Of a stretch of 64,000 nt of DNA, positions 1-11,740 are shown in pieces. Below the pieces are notes generated by a model. The model saw only the letters and a list, made by a program, of their open reading frames with translations, was not told the origin of the DNA and searched no databases. Each line of letters starts with the position of its first letter. Positions within the stretch are counted from its first letter, which is position 1. The translations under genes were made by a program, and so were the position numbers. The stretch comes from Cryomorphaceae bacterium MED-G11 (GTDB lineage: Bacteria; Bacteroidota; Bacteroidia; Flavobacteriales; Flavobacteriaceae): assembly GCA_002457075.1 (NCBI GenBank), contig NTKQ01000001.1, positions 22,079 to 86,078 of the forward strand, read 5' to 3'.

Positions 1-1182
1 GTTTCTGAACCATTTTCAGCTTTAGCATTTAAAATTGCCACTGACCCCTATGTTGGAAGATTGGCTTTTTTTAGAGTCTATTCTGGTAGACTTGATGCAG
101 GTTCATACATCCTAAATAATAGATCTGAAAATAAAGAAAGAATTTCTAGGATTTATCAAATGCACTCTAACAAACAAAATGCTATTGATTACATAGAGGC
201 TGGAGATATAGGAGCTGCTGTTGGTTTTAAAGATATTAAAACAGGTGATACCTTATCATCAGAAAAACACCCTATAATTTTAGAAAGTATGAACTTTCCT
301 GATCCAGTTATTGGTGTAGCAGTTGAACCAAAAACTAAAGCTGATGTTGATAAGTTGGGAATGGCTCTAGGAAAATTAGCTGAGGAAGATCCAACTTTCC
401 AAGTTAAAACTGATGAGGCATCTGGTCAAACTATTATTTCTGGTATGGGTGAACTTCACTTAGATATACTAGTTGATAGACTTAGAAGAGAATTTAAAGT
501 AGAAGTTAATCAAGGCCAACCACAAGTTGAATACAAAGAATCTTTAACTCAGTCTGCAGATCATAGAGAGACATATAAAAAACAAACTGGTGGTAGAGGT
601 AAGTTTGCAGACATTGTCTTTACTATTGAGCCTGGTGAAAAAGGTAAACCTGGTCTTGAATTTATTAATAAAATTAAAGGGGGTAATATTCCTAGAGAAT
701 ATATTCCTTCTGTAGAAAAAGGTTTTAAAGATTCTATGAAGAATGGACCTCTTGCAGGCTTTGAAGTTGATTCAATGAAAGTTACACTTAAGGATGGTTC
801 ATTCCATCCAGTTGATTCAGATTCTTTATCTTTTGAATTAGCTGCAAAACTTGCTTTTAAAACCTCTGCAAAAGCTGCTAAAGCAGTTATCATGGAACCT
901 ATAATGAAGCTTGAAGTTATCACTCCTGAAGAAAATATGGGTGATATAGTTGGAGATTTAAATAGAAGAAGAGGTCAGGTAAGTGCTATGGATGATAGAG
1001 CTGGCGCAAAGGTTGTAAAAGGTGAAGTTCCATTGTCTGAAATGTTCGGATATGTTACATCATTAAGAACCTTATCGTCTGGTAGAGCAACATCAACGAT
1101 GGAATTTTCTCACTATGATCAAACTCCATCAAACATCTCAGAAACTGTTATTTCTGAAGTTAGAGGAAATACAACAGATTAA
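1..1182 (+). CDS. fusA: Elongation factor G, C-terminal portion (5' end lies outside the window)
   Basis: Frame 1 is open from base 1 ([31 protein letters not shown]...). The rest reads as EF-G domains II-V ([40 protein letters not shown]). It sits directly upstream of rpsJ. Confidence 0.95.
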   Translation, partial: VSEPFSALAFKIATDPYVGRLAFFRVYSGRLDAGSYILNNRSENKERISRIYQMHSNKQNAIDYIEAGDIGAAVGFKDIKTGDTLSSEKHPIILESMNFPDPVIGVAVEPKTKADVDKLGMALGKLAEEDPTFQVKTDEASGQTIISGMGELHLDILVDRLRREFKVEVNQGQPQVEYKESLTQSADHRETYKKQTGGRGKFADIVFTIEPGEKGKPGLEFINKIKGGNIPREYIPSVEKGFKDSMKNGPLAGFEVDSMKVTLKDGSFHPVDSDSLSFELAAKLAFKTSAKAAKAVIMEPIMKLEVITPEENMGDIVGDLNRRRGQVSAMDDRAGAKVVKGEVPLSEMFGYVTSLRTLSSGRATSTMEFSHYDQTPSNISETVISEVRGNTTD

Positions 1183-1192
1183 ACGAATTGAT

Positions 1193-1498
1193 ATGAGTCA
1201 AAAAATTAGAATAAAATTAAAATCTTATGATTACAATCTGGTTGACAAGTCAGCTGATAAGATTGTGAAGACTGTAAAGAATACAGGAGCTATTGTTACG
1301 GGTCCTATACCTTTACCTACTCATAAAAAGATTTTTACTGTTCTTAGGTCTCCTCATGTAAATAAAAAATCAAGAGAACAATTTAAGTTATGTTCTTACA
1401 AAAGGTTATTGGATATTTATAGTTCATCTTCTAAAACTGTAGATGCACTTATGAAATTAGAATTACCTAGTGGAGTTGAAGTAGAAATAAAAGTATAA
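1193..1498 (+). CDS. rpsJ: 30S ribosomal protein S10
   Basis: [20 protein letters not shown]...[13 protein letters not shown] is typical uS10. ATG at 1193 is preferred over the ORF-track start at 1115, which would overlap fusA. Confidence 0.96.
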   Translation: MSQKIRIKLKSYDYNLVDKSADKIVKTVKNTGAIVTGPIPLPTHKKIFTVLRSPHVNKKSREQFKLCSYKRLLDIYSSSSKTVDALMKLELPSGVEVEIKV

Positions 1499-1503
1499 TA
1501 ATT

Positions 1504-2118
1504 ATGTCTGGTATTATTGGAAAAAAAATTGGGATGACAAGTATATACGATGAGAATGGTAAAAACATTCCATGTACAATACTTCAAGCAGGTCCTTGTA
1601 CTATTACTCAAGTCAAAACTGAAGATAAAGATGGTTATTCTTCCTTTCAACTTGGTTTTGATGAAAAGACTAAAAATACCACAAAAGCATATGAAGGTCA
1701 ATTCAAGAAAAGTAAGTCAAACCCAATGAGTAAATTGGTAGAGTTCAAAGGCTTTGAGGGTGATCCTAAATTAGGAGATAAAGTAACAGTGGATCACTTT
1801 ATGGAAGGTGAATTTGTTGATGTTTCTGGTATTTCTAAAGGAAAAGGTTTTCAAGGAGTTGTGAAAAGACATGGATTTAGAGGTGTTGGAGATAGTACTC
1901 ATGGTCAACATAACAGATTAAGAGCTCCTGGATCAATAGGTGCTGGTTCTTCTCCTTCAAGAGTATTTAAAGGTATGAGAATGGCAGGTCAGACAGGAAA
2001 TTCAAAAGTAAAAGTACTTAACTTAAAGGTCGTTAAGGTGATGTCAGAAGATAATATTTTAATTGTAAAAGGAAGCGTTCCCGGTCACACTAACTCATAC
2101 ATAATTGTTCAAAAGTAA
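1504..2118 (+). CDS. rplC: 50S ribosomal protein L3
   Basis: [20 protein letters not shown]...[13 protein letters not shown] is typical uL3. Position matches the canonical S10 operon order. Confidence 0.96.
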   Translation: MSGIIGKKIGMTSIYDENGKNIPCTILQAGPCTITQVKTEDKDGYSSFQLGFDEKTKNTTKAYEGQFKKSKSNPMSKLVEFKGFEGDPKLGDKVTVDHFMEGEFVDVSGISKGKGFQGVVKRHGFRGVGDSTHGQHNRLRAPGSIGAGSSPSRVFKGMRMAGQTGNSKVKVLNLKVVKVMSEDNILIVKGSVPGHTNSYIIVQK

Positions 2119-2744
2119 TGGAACTTAAAGTACATAACATAAAAGGTAAGGAGACTGATAAAAAAGTCAAGTTAGACAAATTAGTATTTGGTATTGAACC
2201 AAATGATCATGCTATTTATCTTGATGTTAAGCAATATCTTGCTAATAACAGAAAAGGTCTTCATAAAGCTAAAGAAAGAGCTGAAATAGCTGGTAGCACA
2301 AGAAAGATTAAAAAACAAAAGGGAACAGGTACTGCTAGAGCTGGAAGTATTAAAAACCCATTGTTTAGAGGTGGAGGTAGAGTTTTTGGTCCTAGGCCTA
2401 GGTCCTATGATCAAAAAATCAATAAAAAGGTAAAAAGATTAGCTAGAAAATCTGCTCTTGCTTACAAGGTTAAAAATAAAGAAATATTAATATTAGAGGA
2501 CTTTAATCTATCTAACCCAAATACGTCTGATTATCTAAATATTATCAAAGCTTTTGGATTAGAGACAAAGAAGACTTTACTAGTTACAAGTGAAATAAAT
2601 AACAACATATATTTATCTTCACGAAATTTAAAAAATTCTAAAGTTGTAATTAACTCAGAATTAAACACTTATGAAATTACAGATGCAAATAATATCTTAA
2701 TTTTAGAAAGTGCGGTTGAAGGAATTGAATCAACCTTGAAATAA
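2118..2744 (+). CDS. rplD: 50S ribosomal protein L4
   Basis: KQKGTGTARAGSIKNPLFRGGGRVFGPRPRSY motif of uL4. The start overlaps the rplC stop (TAATG). Confidence 0.95.
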   Translation: MELKVHNIKGKETDKKVKLDKLVFGIEPNDHAIYLDVKQYLANNRKGLHKAKERAEIAGSTRKIKKQKGTGTARAGSIKNPLFRGGGRVFGPRPRSYDQKINKKVKRLARKSALAYKVKNKEILILEDFNLSNPNTSDYLNIIKAFGLETKKTLLVTSEINNNIYLSSRNLKNSKVVINSELNTYEITDANNILILESAVEGIESTLK

Positions 2745-2751
2745 ATTAATT

Positions 2752-3042
2752 ATGGATATACTTTTAAAACCAATATTAACTGAAAAAGCAACTAATGAAA
2801 GTGAATTAAGAAATTCTTATACTTTCATAGTTTCTAAAACTGCGAATAAGGTTGAGATAAAAAAAGCAGTTGAAGCTTCTTATGGAGTTTCAGTTGTTAA
2901 AGTAAGAACTATGATTTATGGAGCAGAATCAAGAACAAGATTTACAAAAAGAGGAGTTCAGACAAGTAAAAAAGGTTCTTATAAAAAAGCAATCGTTAAA
3001 ATTTCAGAAGGAGACAGAATTGACTTCTTTGCAAATCTATAA
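2752..3042 (+). CDS. rplW: 50S ribosomal protein L23
   Basis: 96 aa, [10 protein letters not shown]...YTFIV...[10 protein letters not shown] pattern of uL23, and operon position. Confidence 0.94.
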   Translation: MDILLKPILTEKATNESELRNSYTFIVSKTANKVEIKKAVEASYGVSVVKVRTMIYGAESRTRFTKRGVQTSKKGSYKKAIVKISEGDRIDFFANL

Positions 3043-3044
3043 TT

Positions 3045-3869
3045 ATGCCAGTAAGAAAACTTAAACCGGTTACACCATCACAAAGACACAGAGTTGTCAA
3101 TGGTTTTGATGCTATCACGACTGACAAGCCTGAAAAATCATTGCTTACAACTAAGAAAAGTACTGGTGGTAGAAATAACCATGGTAAAATGACTAGCAAG
3201 TATAGAGGTGGTGGTCACAAGAAAAGATATAGAATAATTGATTTCAAAAGAGATAAGTTTGATGTAAGTGGTGAAGTTAAATCAGTAGAATATGATCCTA
3301 ATAGATCAGCATTTATATCTCTTGTAGAATATAAAGATGGTGAAAAGAGATATATGGTTGCATTAAGTGGACTGAAAGTTGGACAAACTGTTATATCTGG
3401 TGAATCAGCAGCACCTGAAATTGGAAATGCAATGCCTATTGATAAAATTCCATTAGGAACTATTATCTCATGTATAGAGTTGAACCCTGGAAAAGGTGCT
3501 AGCATCTCCAGAAGTGCCGGTTCTTTTGCTCAGCTAATGGCTAAAGATGGTAAGTACTGTACTGTAAAACTTCCTTCAGGTGAAACTAGGATGATACTTA
3601 ACACATGTTATGCCACTATTGGAGCAGTTTCTAATTCCGACAATCAACTTATTTCATCAGGTAAGGCAGGAAGAAAGAGATGGTTAGGAAGAAGACCAAG
3701 AACTAGACCAGTAGCGATGAACCCTGTTGATCATCCAATGGGAGGTGGTGAAGGTAAAGCTTCAGGAGGTCACCCTAGATCAAAAAAAGGAATACCTGCT
3801 AAAGGATTTAGAACAAGATCAAAAAAGAAATCATCTTCTAAGTTTATAATTGAAAGAAGAAAAAAATAA
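3045..3869 (+). CDS. rplB: 50S ribosomal protein L2
   Basis: [15 protein letters not shown]...[10 protein letters not shown]...[18 protein letters not shown]-type motifs of uL2. Confidence 0.97.
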   Translation: MPVRKLKPVTPSQRHRVVNGFDAITTDKPEKSLLTTKKSTGGRNNHGKMTSKYRGGGHKKRYRIIDFKRDKFDVSGEVKSVEYDPNRSAFISLVEYKDGEKRYMVALSGLKVGQTVISGESAAPEIGNAMPIDKIPLGTIISCIELNPGKGASISRSAGSFAQLMAKDGKYCTVKLPSGETRMILNTCYATIGAVSNSDNQLISSGKAGRKRWLGRRPRTRPVAMNPVDHPMGGGEGKASGGHPRSKKGIPAKGFRTRSKKKSSSKFIIERRKK

Positions 3870-3875
3870 TATAGT

Positions 3876-4142
<267 letters not shown>

Positions 4143-4160
4143 ATAATATTGATTAATTAA

Positions 4161-4562
4161 ATGGGATCAAGAAAAAGAAATAGCGCTGAAAAAATTAAAG
4201 ATGCAAAAAAAGATTTAGCTTTTGCTAAACTTAATAATTGTCCAACTTCTCCAAGAAAAATGCGTCTTGTAGCTGATCAAATTAGAGGTGAAGACATATC
4301 TAATGCACTTTCTATACTTAAGTTTAGTCCTAAAGAGGCTTCAAGAAGATTAGAGAAATTATTAGTTTCAGCTATTTCTAACTGGCAATCTAAAAATGAA
4401 GATGCTAATATTGATCTAGCACAGCTTTTTGTAAAAGAAATAACAGTAGACGGGGGTAGTATGTTGAAAAGAATAAGAACAGCTCCTCAAGGTAGGGCTC
4501 ATAGAATTAGAAAGAGATCTAATCATGTTACATTAGTACTTTCTTCAAAAACAATTAATTAA
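4161..4562 (+). CDS. rplV: 50S ribosomal protein L22
   Basis: [14 protein letters not shown]...[31 protein letters not shown] is uL22. Confidence 0.95.
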   Translation: MGSRKRNSAEKIKDAKKDLAFAKLNNCPTSPRKMRLVADQIRGEDISNALSILKFSPKEASRRLEKLLVSAISNWQSKNEDANIDLAQLFVKEITVDGGSMLKRIRTAPQGRAHRIRKRSNHVTLVLSSKTIN

Positions 4563-5273
4563 ATGGGACAAAAGACAAATCCAATAGGAAATAGATTAGG
4601 AATTATAAGAGGCTGGGACTCAAACTGGTGGGGTGGTAGAGATTATGGTGATAAAATTGCAGAGGACGATAAGATCAGAAAATATATTTTTGCCAGACTT
4701 TCTCGTGCAAGCGTCTCTAGTGTTATAATTGAAAGAACACTCAAACTAATTATTATAACGATAACAACTGCAAGGCCTGGTATTATAATTGGTAAGGCTG
4801 GATCAGAAGTTGATAAATTAAAAGAAGAGTTAAAGAAGATAACAGCTAAAGATATCCAGCTTAACATTTTTGAAATTAAACGTCCTGAGTTAGATGCATT
4901 TCTTGTTGGAAGTAGTATTGCAAGACAAATTGAGAATAGAATTTCTTTTAGAAGAGCAATAAAAATGTCAATTGCAGCTGCAATGAGAATGAATGCTGAG
5001 GGGATTAAGATTCAAATATCTGGAAGGCTAAATGGTGCTGAAATGGCTAGGTCTGAATCTTACAAAGAAGGTAGGATTCCATTGTCAACATTTAGAGCTG
5101 ATATTGATTATGCTATTGTTGAGGCTCATACTACTTATGGAAGACTTGGAATAAAAGTTTGGATCATGAAAGGTGAGGTATATGGTAAACGAGAATTGTC
5201 TCCTTTAACTGGTATGAAAAAGTCTTCTAATAATTCAAAAAAGAATAATAGACCAAGAGATAGAAAAAATTAA
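4563..5273 (+). CDS. rpsC: 30S ribosomal protein S3
   Basis: [22 protein letters not shown]...[13 protein letters not shown] (KH domain)...[12 protein letters not shown] is uS3. Confidence 0.97.
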   Translation: MGQKTNPIGNRLGIIRGWDSNWWGGRDYGDKIAEDDKIRKYIFARLSRASVSSVIIERTLKLIIITITTARPGIIIGKAGSEVDKLKEELKKITAKDIQLNIFEIKRPELDAFLVGSSIARQIENRISFRRAIKMSIAAAMRMNAEGIKIQISGRLNGAEMARSESYKEGRIPLSTFRADIDYAIVEAHTTYGRLGIKVWIMKGEVYGKRELSPLTGMKKSSNNSKKNNRPRDRKN

Positions 5274-5279
5274 CTAGAT

Positions 5280-5711
5280 ATGTTACAGCCTAAAAGGACA
5301 AAATATAGAAAAGCACAGAAGGGTAAAATGAAAGGTTTATCTCAAAGAGGTCATAGACTATCTAATGGTATGTTTGGAATCAAATCTTTAGAGTCTAAAT
5401 TTCTTACCTCAAGACAAATTGAAGCCGCAAGAATTGCTGCTACTAGATATATGAAGAGAGAAGGACAGCTATGGATAAAAATATTTCCAGACAAACCTAT
5501 TACAAAAAAACCTCTAGAGGTAAGAATGGGTAAAGGTAAGGGTGCTCCTGAGTATTTTGTTGCAGTTGTTAAACCTGGGAGGGTTCTTTTTGAAGTATCT
5601 GGAGTCCCGTTAGCAGTTGCGAAAGAAGCACTTAGATTAGCTGCTCAAAAGCTACCGGTAACAACAAAGTTTATTATTGCAAGAGATTTTAAAGGATATT
5701 ATGAAAATTAG
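5280..5711 (+). CDS. rplP: 50S ribosomal protein L16
   Basis: [19 protein letters not shown]...[24 protein letters not shown] is uL16. Confidence 0.97.
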   Translation: MLQPKRTKYRKAQKGKMKGLSQRGHRLSNGMFGIKSLESKFLTSRQIEAARIAATRYMKREGQLWIKIFPDKPITKKPLEVRMGKGKGAPEYFVAVVKPGRVLFEVSGVPLAVAKEALRLAAQKLPVTTKFIIARDFKGYYEN

Positions 5712-5892
5712 TGAAATAAGAAATATGACATCAGATGAGTTAAATGAAAAACTAACTGATACTTCCAAGAAGTTATCTCAGTTAAAGTTTAACAACTCTG
5801 TTCAAACAATTGAAAACCCTCTTGAAATTAAAATTTTAAGAAGACAGCTTGCTAAGCTAAAAACAGTTTTAAACGAAAAAAAACAAGATTAA
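5701..5892 (+). CDS. rpmC: 50S ribosomal protein L29
   Basis: [18 protein letters not shown]...[28 protein letters not shown] is uL29. ATG 5701 chosen rather than 5677. It overlaps the rplP 3' end by 11 nt. Confidence 0.9.
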   Translation: MKISEIRNMTSDELNEKLTDTSKKLSQLKFNNSVQTIENPLEIKILRRQLAKLKTVLNEKKQD

Positions 5893-6150
5893 ATGACAAC
5901 TAGAAGTCTAAGAAAAGAAAGAATAGGGATTGTATCCTCAGACAAAATGGAAAAATCTGTTGTGGTTTCAGAGGTTAAAAAAGTAAAACACCCTGTTTAC
6001 GGAAAATTTGTTTTAAAGACAAAAAAATATGTTGCTCATGATGAAAAGAATGATTGTAATGAGGGAGACACTGTAAGAATTATGGAGACTAGACCTGTGA
6101 GTAAAACAAAAAAGTGGAGAATTGTAGAAATAATAGAAAGAGCAAAATAA
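5893..6150 (+). CDS. rpsQ: 30S ribosomal protein S17
   Basis: [19 protein letters not shown]...HPVYGKFV...YVAHDEKN...[19 protein letters not shown] is uS17. Confidence 0.96.
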   Translation: MTTRSLRKERIGIVSSDKMEKSVVVSEVKKVKHPVYGKFVLKTKKYVAHDEKNDCNEGDTVRIMETRPVSKTKKWRIVEIIERAK

Positions 6151-6151
6151 A

Positions 6152-6520
6152 ATGGTACAACAAGAATCAAGACTTAAGGTAGCAGATAATACTGGAGCAA
6201 AAGAAGTTCTTACGATACGTGTATTAGGTGGAACTAAAAGAAGATATGCAAGAATTGGTGATAAAATTGTTGTTACTGTTAAAGATGCAACTCCAAACGG
6301 AACAGTTAAGAAAGGTCAAGTTTCAATTGCAGTTGTTGTAAGGACTAAAAAAGAAGTAAGAAGAAATGATGGATCATATATTAGATTTGATGAAAATGCT
6401 TGTGTTCTTCTTGCTCAAACTGGTGAAATGAGAGGCACCAGAGTTTTTGGCCCAGTAGCTAGAGAATTAAGGGATAAACAATTTATGAAAATAGTTTCTC
6501 TTGCACCTGAAGTTTTATAA
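6152..6520 (+). CDS. rplN: 50S ribosomal protein L14
   Basis: [27 protein letters not shown]...[10 protein letters not shown]...[13 protein letters not shown] is uL14. Confidence 0.97.
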   Translation: MVQQESRLKVADNTGAKEVLTIRVLGGTKRRYARIGDKIVVTVKDATPNGTVKKGQVSIAVVVRTKKEVRRNDGSYIRFDENACVLLAQTGEMRGTRVFGPVARELRDKQFMKIVSLAPEVL

Positions 6521-6527
6521 TATAGAT

Positions 6528-6839
6528 ATGAATAAGATAAAAATAAAAAAAGGAGATCAAGTAATAGTGATTGCTGGAGTGCATAAAGGAACTAAAGGAA
6601 CTGTTATGAAAGTATTATATACTTCAAATAAAGCTATAGTTGAGGGTGTAAATACTGTAAAAAGACATACAAAACCTAATTCTGAGAATCCTAAAGGTGG
6701 TATAATTGAGAAACAGCTTCCTATCAATATTTCTAATATATCATTGATGACAAAAGATGGTGAGAAAACTAGAATTGGTTTTAAAAATGAGGATGGGAAA
6801 AAAGTACGTATATCTACTAAATCTAAAGAAACTATTTAA
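6528..6839 (+). CDS. rplX: 50S ribosomal protein L24
   Basis: [26 protein letters not shown] (KOW motif) is uL24. ATG 6528 chosen instead of the TTG at 6501, which lies inside rplN. Confidence 0.93.
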   Translation: MNKIKIKKGDQVIVIAGVHKGTKGTVMKVLYTSNKAIVEGVNTVKRHTKPNSENPKGGIIEKQLPINISNISLMTKDGEKTRIGFKNEDGKKVRISTKSKETI

Positions 6840-6841
6840 TT

Positions 6842-7390
6842 ATGTCTAATACACCAAGGCTTAAAGAAGAATACTCAAGTAAGATTGTTAATGAGCTTAA
6901 AGATAAGCTTGATTTAACAAATATAATGCAAGTACCTTCATTGGAGAAAATCATTATTTCAAGAGGTGTTGGAGCTGCTGTAAGTGACAAAAAACTAATT
7001 GATCATGCTGTTGAAGAACTAACTTTAATTTCTGGTCAAAAAGCTATTGCTACTTTATCCAAAAAGGATGTTGCATCATTTAAACTTCGAAAAGGAACAC
7101 CTATTGGAGCTAAAGTTACTCTAAGAGGAGATAGAATGTACGAGTTTCTTGATAGACTTATAACAATTGCATTACCAAGAGTTAGAGACTTCCAGGGTAT
7201 TAAAGCTGATGGATTTGATGGTAGGGGGAATTATAACCTTGGAATTAAGGAACAAATTATATTTCCGGAGATTAACATAGACAAAGTAAATAAAATAGCT
7301 GGAATGGATATAACATTTGTAACTAATACAAATTCAAATAAAGAGGCAAAAGCATTATTAACAAACTTAGGATTACCTTTTAAAAAATAA
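6842..7390 (+). CDS. rplE: 50S ribosomal protein L5
   Basis: PRLKEEY...[18 protein letters not shown]...[25 protein letters not shown] is uL5. Confidence 0.96.
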   Translation: MSNTPRLKEEYSSKIVNELKDKLDLTNIMQVPSLEKIIISRGVGAAVSDKKLIDHAVEELTLISGQKAIATLSKKDVASFKLRKGTPIGAKVTLRGDRMYEFLDRLITIALPRVRDFQGIKADGFDGRGNYNLGIKEQIIFPEINIDKVNKIAGMDITFVTNTNSNKEAKALLTNLGLPFKK

Positions 7391-7394
7391 TATT

Positions 7395-7664
7395 ATGGCA
7401 AAAGAATCAATGAAAGCAAGGGAGAGAAAAAGACAACGAATAGTTGCAAAATATGCTGCTAAAAGAAAGTCTTTGAAAGAAGCTAATGACTATGTTGGTC
7501 TTCAAAAGCTTCCTAAAAATGCCTCACCAGTTAGACTTCATAATAGATGTAAGTTAACAGGAAGGCCTAAGGGTTATATTAGACAATTTGGACTTTCTAG
7601 GGTAATGTTTAGAGAAATGGCTAATAAAGGTTTAATCCCAGGTGTAACAAAAGCGAGTTGGTAA
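7395..7664 (+). CDS. rpsN: 30S ribosomal protein S14 (long form, no zinc ribbon)
   Basis: 89 aa, ending [39 protein letters not shown]. It has a single Cys, so this is not the 61-aa CxxC..CxxC form. Confidence 0.95.
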   Translation: MAKESMKARERKRQRIVAKYAAKRKSLKEANDYVGLQKLPKNASPVRLHNRCKLTGRPKGYIRQFGLSRVMFREMANKGLIPGVTKASW

Positions 7665-7674
7665 ATTAAAGATT

Positions 7675-8076
7675 ATGTATACAGATACTATTGCAGATTA
7701 TTTAACTAGAGTGAGAAACGCTAGCATGGCTGGTCACAAAGTGGTTGATATACCTTCTTCTAATATAAAGAAGGATATAACAAAAATTCTTTTTGATCAA
7801 GGCTACATTTTAAGCTATAAATTTGAAGATACAGATGACAAACAAGGTAATATTAAAATTGCTTTGAAATATGAATCAGTATCTAAACAACCTGTTATAA
7901 AGGAGATTCAAAGGATAAGTAAACCTGGTCTTAGAAAATATTCTAATTCCACAGAATTTCCAAGAATCTTAAATGGTTTAGGTATTTCAATAATATCTAC
8001 CTCAAAAGGTGTCATGACTGGTAAGCAGGCAGCAAGCCAGAATATTGGTGGTGAATTAATTTGTTATGTTTTTTAA
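7675..8076 (+). CDS. rpsH: 30S ribosomal protein S8
   Basis: DTIADYLTRVRNA...GISIISTSKGVMTGKQA...GGELICYVF is uS8. Confidence 0.96.
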   Translation: MYTDTIADYLTRVRNASMAGHKVVDIPSSNIKKDITKILFDQGYILSYKFEDTDDKQGNIKIALKYESVSKQPVIKEIQRISKPGLRKYSNSTEFPRILNGLGISIISTSKGVMTGKQAASQNIGGELICYVF

Positions 8077-8085
8077 AAAATTATT

Positions 8086-8628
8086 ATGTCAAGAATAGGT
8101 AACAACCCGATAAGTATCCCAGAAGGCGTCTCAGTTAATGTTAGCAGTGGCGTAATTACTGTTAAAGGGAAGAATGGTGAAATGAATCAAAGTTTTGACG
8201 GTGTAAGTTTTGATATATCTGAAGACTCAATTTTAGTTAAAAGAAATTCTGAATCTAAAGATCACAAATCTAAACATGGATTATATAGAGCACTTGTTTA
8301 TAATATGATAACAGGTGTTACAAATGGATTTACACTAGAGCTAGAACTAGTTGGAGTTGGTTACAGAGCCAATGCCAGTGGTCAAAAACTTGATTTATCT
8401 CTTGGTTTTTCTCACACAATTGTACTAAACATTGCTCCTGAGGTAAAAGTTGAAACTATTAATGAAAAGGGTAAGAATCCTATTATAAAATTATCATCAT
8501 CAGATAAGCAGCTAGTTGGTCATGTTGCAGCTAAAATAAGATCATTTAGAAAACCTGAACCATATAAAGGTAAAGGTATAAAATTTGTAGGTGAACAAAT
8601 AAGAAGAAAAGCAGGTAAATCAGCATAA
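8086..8628 (+). CDS. rplF: 50S ribosomal protein L6
   Basis: [17 protein letters not shown]...VKGKNGE...LVGVGYRA...[14 protein letters not shown] is uL6. Confidence 0.96.
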   Translation: MSRIGNNPISIPEGVSVNVSSGVITVKGKNGEMNQSFDGVSFDISEDSILVKRNSESKDHKSKHGLYRALVYNMITGVTNGFTLELELVGVGYRANASGQKLDLSLGFSHTIVLNIAPEVKVETINEKGKNPIIKLSSSDKQLVGHVAAKIRSFRKPEPYKGKGIKFVGEQIRRKAGKSA

Positions 8629-8629
8629 T

Positions 8630-8989
8630 ATGACAAATACTAAAACATATAGAAGAAATAGAATTAGAAAAAGAATTAAGAAGGTAATTTCTGGTACACC
8701 AGATTATCCTAGACTTTCAGTATTCAGAAGTAACAAGGAGATCTATTGTCAAGTAATTGACGATGTTAGCGGAAAAACACTTCTTCAATCCTCTTCAAGA
8801 GATAAGGCAATTACTGACCTTAAATTAAAGAGTAATATTGAAGTTTCTTATAATGTAGGTAAGTCAGTTGCTGAAAATGCTATAAAAAAAGGTATTGATA
8901 AAATAAAATTTGATAGAGGTGGATATCTTTATCACGGAAGAGTTAAATCTCTAGCTGAAGGTGCAAGAGAAGGTGGACTTAAATTTTAA
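8630..8989 (+). CDS. rplR: 50S ribosomal protein L18
   Basis: [38 protein letters not shown]...[26 protein letters not shown] is uL18. Confidence 0.96.
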   Translation: MTNTKTYRRNRIRKRIKKVISGTPDYPRLSVFRSNKEIYCQVIDDVSGKTLLQSSSRDKAITDLKLKSNIEVSYNVGKSVAENAIKKGIDKIKFDRGGYLYHGRVKSLAEGAREGGLKF

Positions 8990-8991
8990 AT

Positions 8992-9516
8992 ATGTATAAA
9001 AATTATAAAAATATTGAGCTTGTTAAACCAGTTGGTTTAGATCTTAAAGATAAGCTAGTCGGTATACAAAGAGTAACTAAAGTAACAAAGGGTGGTAGAG
9101 CATTCGGTTTTTCTGCTATTGTTATAGTTGGAGATGAAAATGGTGTTGTTGGTCATGGTTTAGGAAAAGCAAAAGAAGTTACAACTGCAATTTCAAAAGC
9201 TGTTGAAGATGCAAAGAAAAACTTAGTTAGAATACCTATTGAAAATGGAACTGTTCCTCATGAACAAAAAGGAAAATTTGGTGGATCAAGAGTTTTTATT
9301 AAACCTGCTACTCCTGGTACTGGTGTTATTGCAGGTGGTGCAGTTAGAACAGTTTTAGAAGCTGTTGGTGTTCAAAATGTGCTTTCAAAATCTCAAGGAT
9401 CATCAAACCCTCATAATGTAGTTAAAGCTACATTTGATGCATTATTAAACTTAAGAAGTCCTCTAACAATATCAAGACAAAGAGGAATTTCTTTAGATAA
9501 AGTTTTTAAAGGATGA
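8992..9516 (+). CDS. rpsE: 30S ribosomal protein S5
   Basis: [39 protein letters not shown]...[15 protein letters not shown] is uS5. Confidence 0.97.
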   Translation: MYKNYKNIELVKPVGLDLKDKLVGIQRVTKVTKGGRAFGFSAIVIVGDENGVVGHGLGKAKEVTTAISKAVEDAKKNLVRIPIENGTVPHEQKGKFGGSRVFIKPATPGTGVIAGGAVRTVLEAVGVQNVLSKSQGSSNPHNVVKATFDALLNLRSPLTISRQRGISLDKVFKG

Positions 9517-9698
9517 GTAAAAAAATAAGAATAAAACAGGTAAGAAGCACAATTAAAAGACTAGAGTCTCAAAAGAGAACATTAATAGCTCTAGGCTTAA
9601 GAAAAATTGGAATGGAAGTTGAACATGAACTTACTTCATCAATTAAAGGTATGGTTGATAAAGTAAGCCACTTAGTTGAAGTAAATTCTGTAAAATAA
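9513..9698 (+). CDS. rpmD: 50S ribosomal protein L30
   Basis: [33 protein letters not shown] is uL30. ATGA overlap with the rpsE stop. Confidence 0.93.
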   Translation: MSKKIRIKQVRSTIKRLESQKRTLIALGLRKIGMEVEHELTSSIKGMVDKVSHLVEVNSVK

Positions 9699-9705
9699 TA
9701 GTATT

Positions 9706-10158
9706 ATGAGTTTAAATAATTTAAAACCAGCAAAAGGATCAAATAAAACTAGTGGTAAAAGACTAGGTAGAGGTCAAGGCTCTGGAAAGGGTGGTACTTC
9801 TGCTAGAGGTCATAATGGAGCACAGTCTAGATCTGGTTATTCCAGAAAAATTGGTTTTGAGGGTGGGCAAATGCCACTTCAAAGAAGAATTCCAAAATTT
9901 GGTTTTAAAAATATCAATAGGGTTGAGTATAATACTATTAACATAGATGATATTCAGACTCTAATTGATGATAAGAAAATAAAGAAAGAATTAACTATCG
10001 ATAAAATGATAGAGTTAAGGCTTGTAAAAAAAGGAGATCTTGTAAAAATACTAGGAAGAGGAAAGATTGATGCTCCAATTAATATAACAGCTCATAAGTT
10101 TTCTGCTTCTGCTGAAAAACTAATTGAAAAAGCGGGTGGTAAGATCACTAAGATATAA
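9706..10158 (+). CDS. rplO: 50S ribosomal protein L15
   Basis: LNNLKPAKGSNKTSGKRLGRGQGSGKGGTSARGHNGAQSRSG...FEGGQMPLQRRIPKFGF is uL15. Confidence 0.96.
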   Translation: MSLNNLKPAKGSNKTSGKRLGRGQGSGKGGTSARGHNGAQSRSGYSRKIGFEGGQMPLQRRIPKFGFKNINRVEYNTINIDDIQTLIDDKKIKKELTIDKMIELRLVKKGDLVKILGRGKIDAPINITAHKFSASAEKLIEKAGGKITKI

Positions 10159-10160
10159 CA

Positions 10161-11513
10161 ATGAATAAGTTAGTAGAAATAATAAAAAGTATATACAATA
10201 TTAAAGAGTTAAGGGATAGAATTATCTTTACTCTTGGCCTTTTATTAGTCTACAGACTTGGCGCACAAGTGGTTCTTCCAGGTGTTGACTCACTTGCACT
10301 CTCTGACCTTTCTTCTAGATCTGAAGGAGGTGGACTATTAGGAATTCTTAATGCTTTTACCGGTGGTGCCTTTGCTAATGCTTCAATTTTTGCATTAGGA
10401 ATTATGCCATACATATCTGCATCAATTGTTGTTCAACTTATGGGTGTTGCCCTCCCATATCTTCAGAAACTTCAAAAAGAAGGAGAAAGCGGTAGAAAAA
10501 AAATTACTCAAATTACAAGATGGCTAACCATATTTATTTGTACTGTTCAAGCTCCTGCATATCTATATGGTTTGAGTGCTCTAGGTGTTCCTGACAGTGC
10601 TTTTATATTTGGAAGAACTCCAATGTTTATATTTACTTCCATCATAATTCTTGTAACGGGTTGTATTTTTGCAATGTGGCTAGGAGAGAAAATTACTGAT
10701 AGAGGAATAGGAAACGGTATTTCACTTCTTATTACTGTTGGGATTGTAGCAACACTTCCTCTTTCATTTACACAGAATCTAATATCTAGAATATCTGAAA
10801 GTAACGGTGGTTTAATAATGGTTGTTATTGAATTAGCAGTATGGTTAGTTATAATTTTATTGAGTATACTATTAGTTATGGCTGTTAGACAAATTCCAGT
10901 TCAGTATGCAAGAAGAAATTCTGTTCCAGGCTCTCAGTCATCAGGAATGGCTAAAAGACAATACATTCCCCTTAAGCTTAATGCTTCAGGAGTAATGCCT
11001 ATTATTTTTGCACAAGCTTTAATGTTTGCACCAGCAACTATTGGAAGTGTTTTTGGAACTTCTTCTATAGGACAATGGCTTCAAACTAGTTTTTCTGATA
11101 TTTTTGGATTATGGTATAATATTTTATTTGGTTTACTTGTTGTTATTTTTACGTTTTTTTATACGGCAATCACTGTACCTACAAATAAAATGTCAGATGA
11201 TTTAAAAAGAAGTGGTGGATTTGTTCCAGGAATCAGACCTGGTAATGAAACATCAGAATTCCTTGATTCAGTTATGTCCTTAATAACTTTTCCAGGCTCT
11301 TTATACTTAGCGGTAATTGCAGTTTTTCCAGCTATAGTAGTTCAATTAATTGGAATGCAACAGGGTTGGGCTCTTTTTTTTGGAGGAACATCTCTATTAA
11401 TCATGGTAGGAGTTGCAATAGATACGATACAACAAGTAAATGCATATTTACTTAATAACCATTATGATGGTCTAATGAAATCTGGTTCAATGAGAAGTAA
11501 ACCAACAATATAA
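10161..11513 (+). CDS. secY: Preprotein translocase subunit SecY
   Basis: 450 aa, ten hydrophobic segments, motifs FALGIMPYISASIVVQL and GGFVPGIRPG. Position after rplO. Confidence 0.96.
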   Translation: MNKLVEIIKSIYNIKELRDRIIFTLGLLLVYRLGAQVVLPGVDSLALSDLSSRSEGGGLLGILNAFTGGAFANASIFALGIMPYISASIVVQLMGVALPYLQKLQKEGESGRKKITQITRWLTIFICTVQAPAYLYGLSALGVPDSAFIFGRTPMFIFTSIIILVTGCIFAMWLGEKITDRGIGNGISLLITVGIVATLPLSFTQNLISRISESNGGLIMVVIELAVWLVIILLSILLVMAVRQIPVQYARRNSVPGSQSSGMAKRQYIPLKLNASGVMPIIFAQALMFAPATIGSVFGTSSIGQWLQTSFSDIFGLWYNILFGLLVVIFTFFYTAITVPTNKMSDDLKRSGGFVPGIRPGNETSEFLDSVMSLITFPGSLYLAVIAVFPAIVVQLIGMQQGWALFFGGTSLLIMVGVAIDTIQQVNAYLLNNHYDGLMKSGSMRSKPTI

Positions 11514-11729
11514 ATGGCAAAGCAGAAATCAATAGAGCAAGAAGGTAAAATTATTGAGGCACTCTCAAATGCAATGTTTAGGGTTGAGCTTGAAAATGGA
11601 CATGTTGTTACAGCTCATATATCAGGAAAGATGAGGCTTCATTATATAAAGCTTTTGCCAGGTGACAAAGTCAAACTAGAAATGAGTCCCTACGATTTGA
11701 CAAAAGCAAGAATAACATTTAGAATGTAA
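11514..11729 (+). CDS. infA: Translation initiation factor IF-1
   Basis: [61 protein letters not shown] is IF-1 (S1-like fold). It starts on the base after the secY stop. No map or adk gene lies between them. Confidence 0.96.
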   Translation: MAKQKSIEQEGKIIEALSNAMFRVELENGHVVTAHISGKMRLHYIKLLPGDKVKLEMSPYDLTKARITFRM

Positions 11730-11740
11730 ATTATATTAAA

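Noticed and set aside
561-923. Antisense ORFs of 60-140 aa lie inside conserved genes. This one is opposite fusA. Similar ones are at 1417-1701, 2181-2414, 2996-3199, 3215-3505, 4643-4867, 13631-13819, 15067-15279, 16106-16294, 25596-25910, 26667-26999, 50742-51164 and elsewhere.
   Set aside because: Each lies fully within a strongly recognisable gene on the other strand. Their translations are low-complexity (Ser/Leu/Ile/Phe-rich) with no motifs. These are the shadow ORFs expected in an AT-rich genome.
1115-1192. Several genes have N-terminal extensions in the ORF track: rpsJ 1115, rpmC 5677, rplX 6501, carA 14708, eno 15801, gltA 17193, VOC protein 24313, hisS 51293, hydroxylase 53507, M1 peptidase 55326.
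   Set aside because: The extensions overlap the preceding gene, a terminator hairpin or a promoter box. They add non-conserved residues ahead of the well-known N-termini, so internal ATG starts were used instead.
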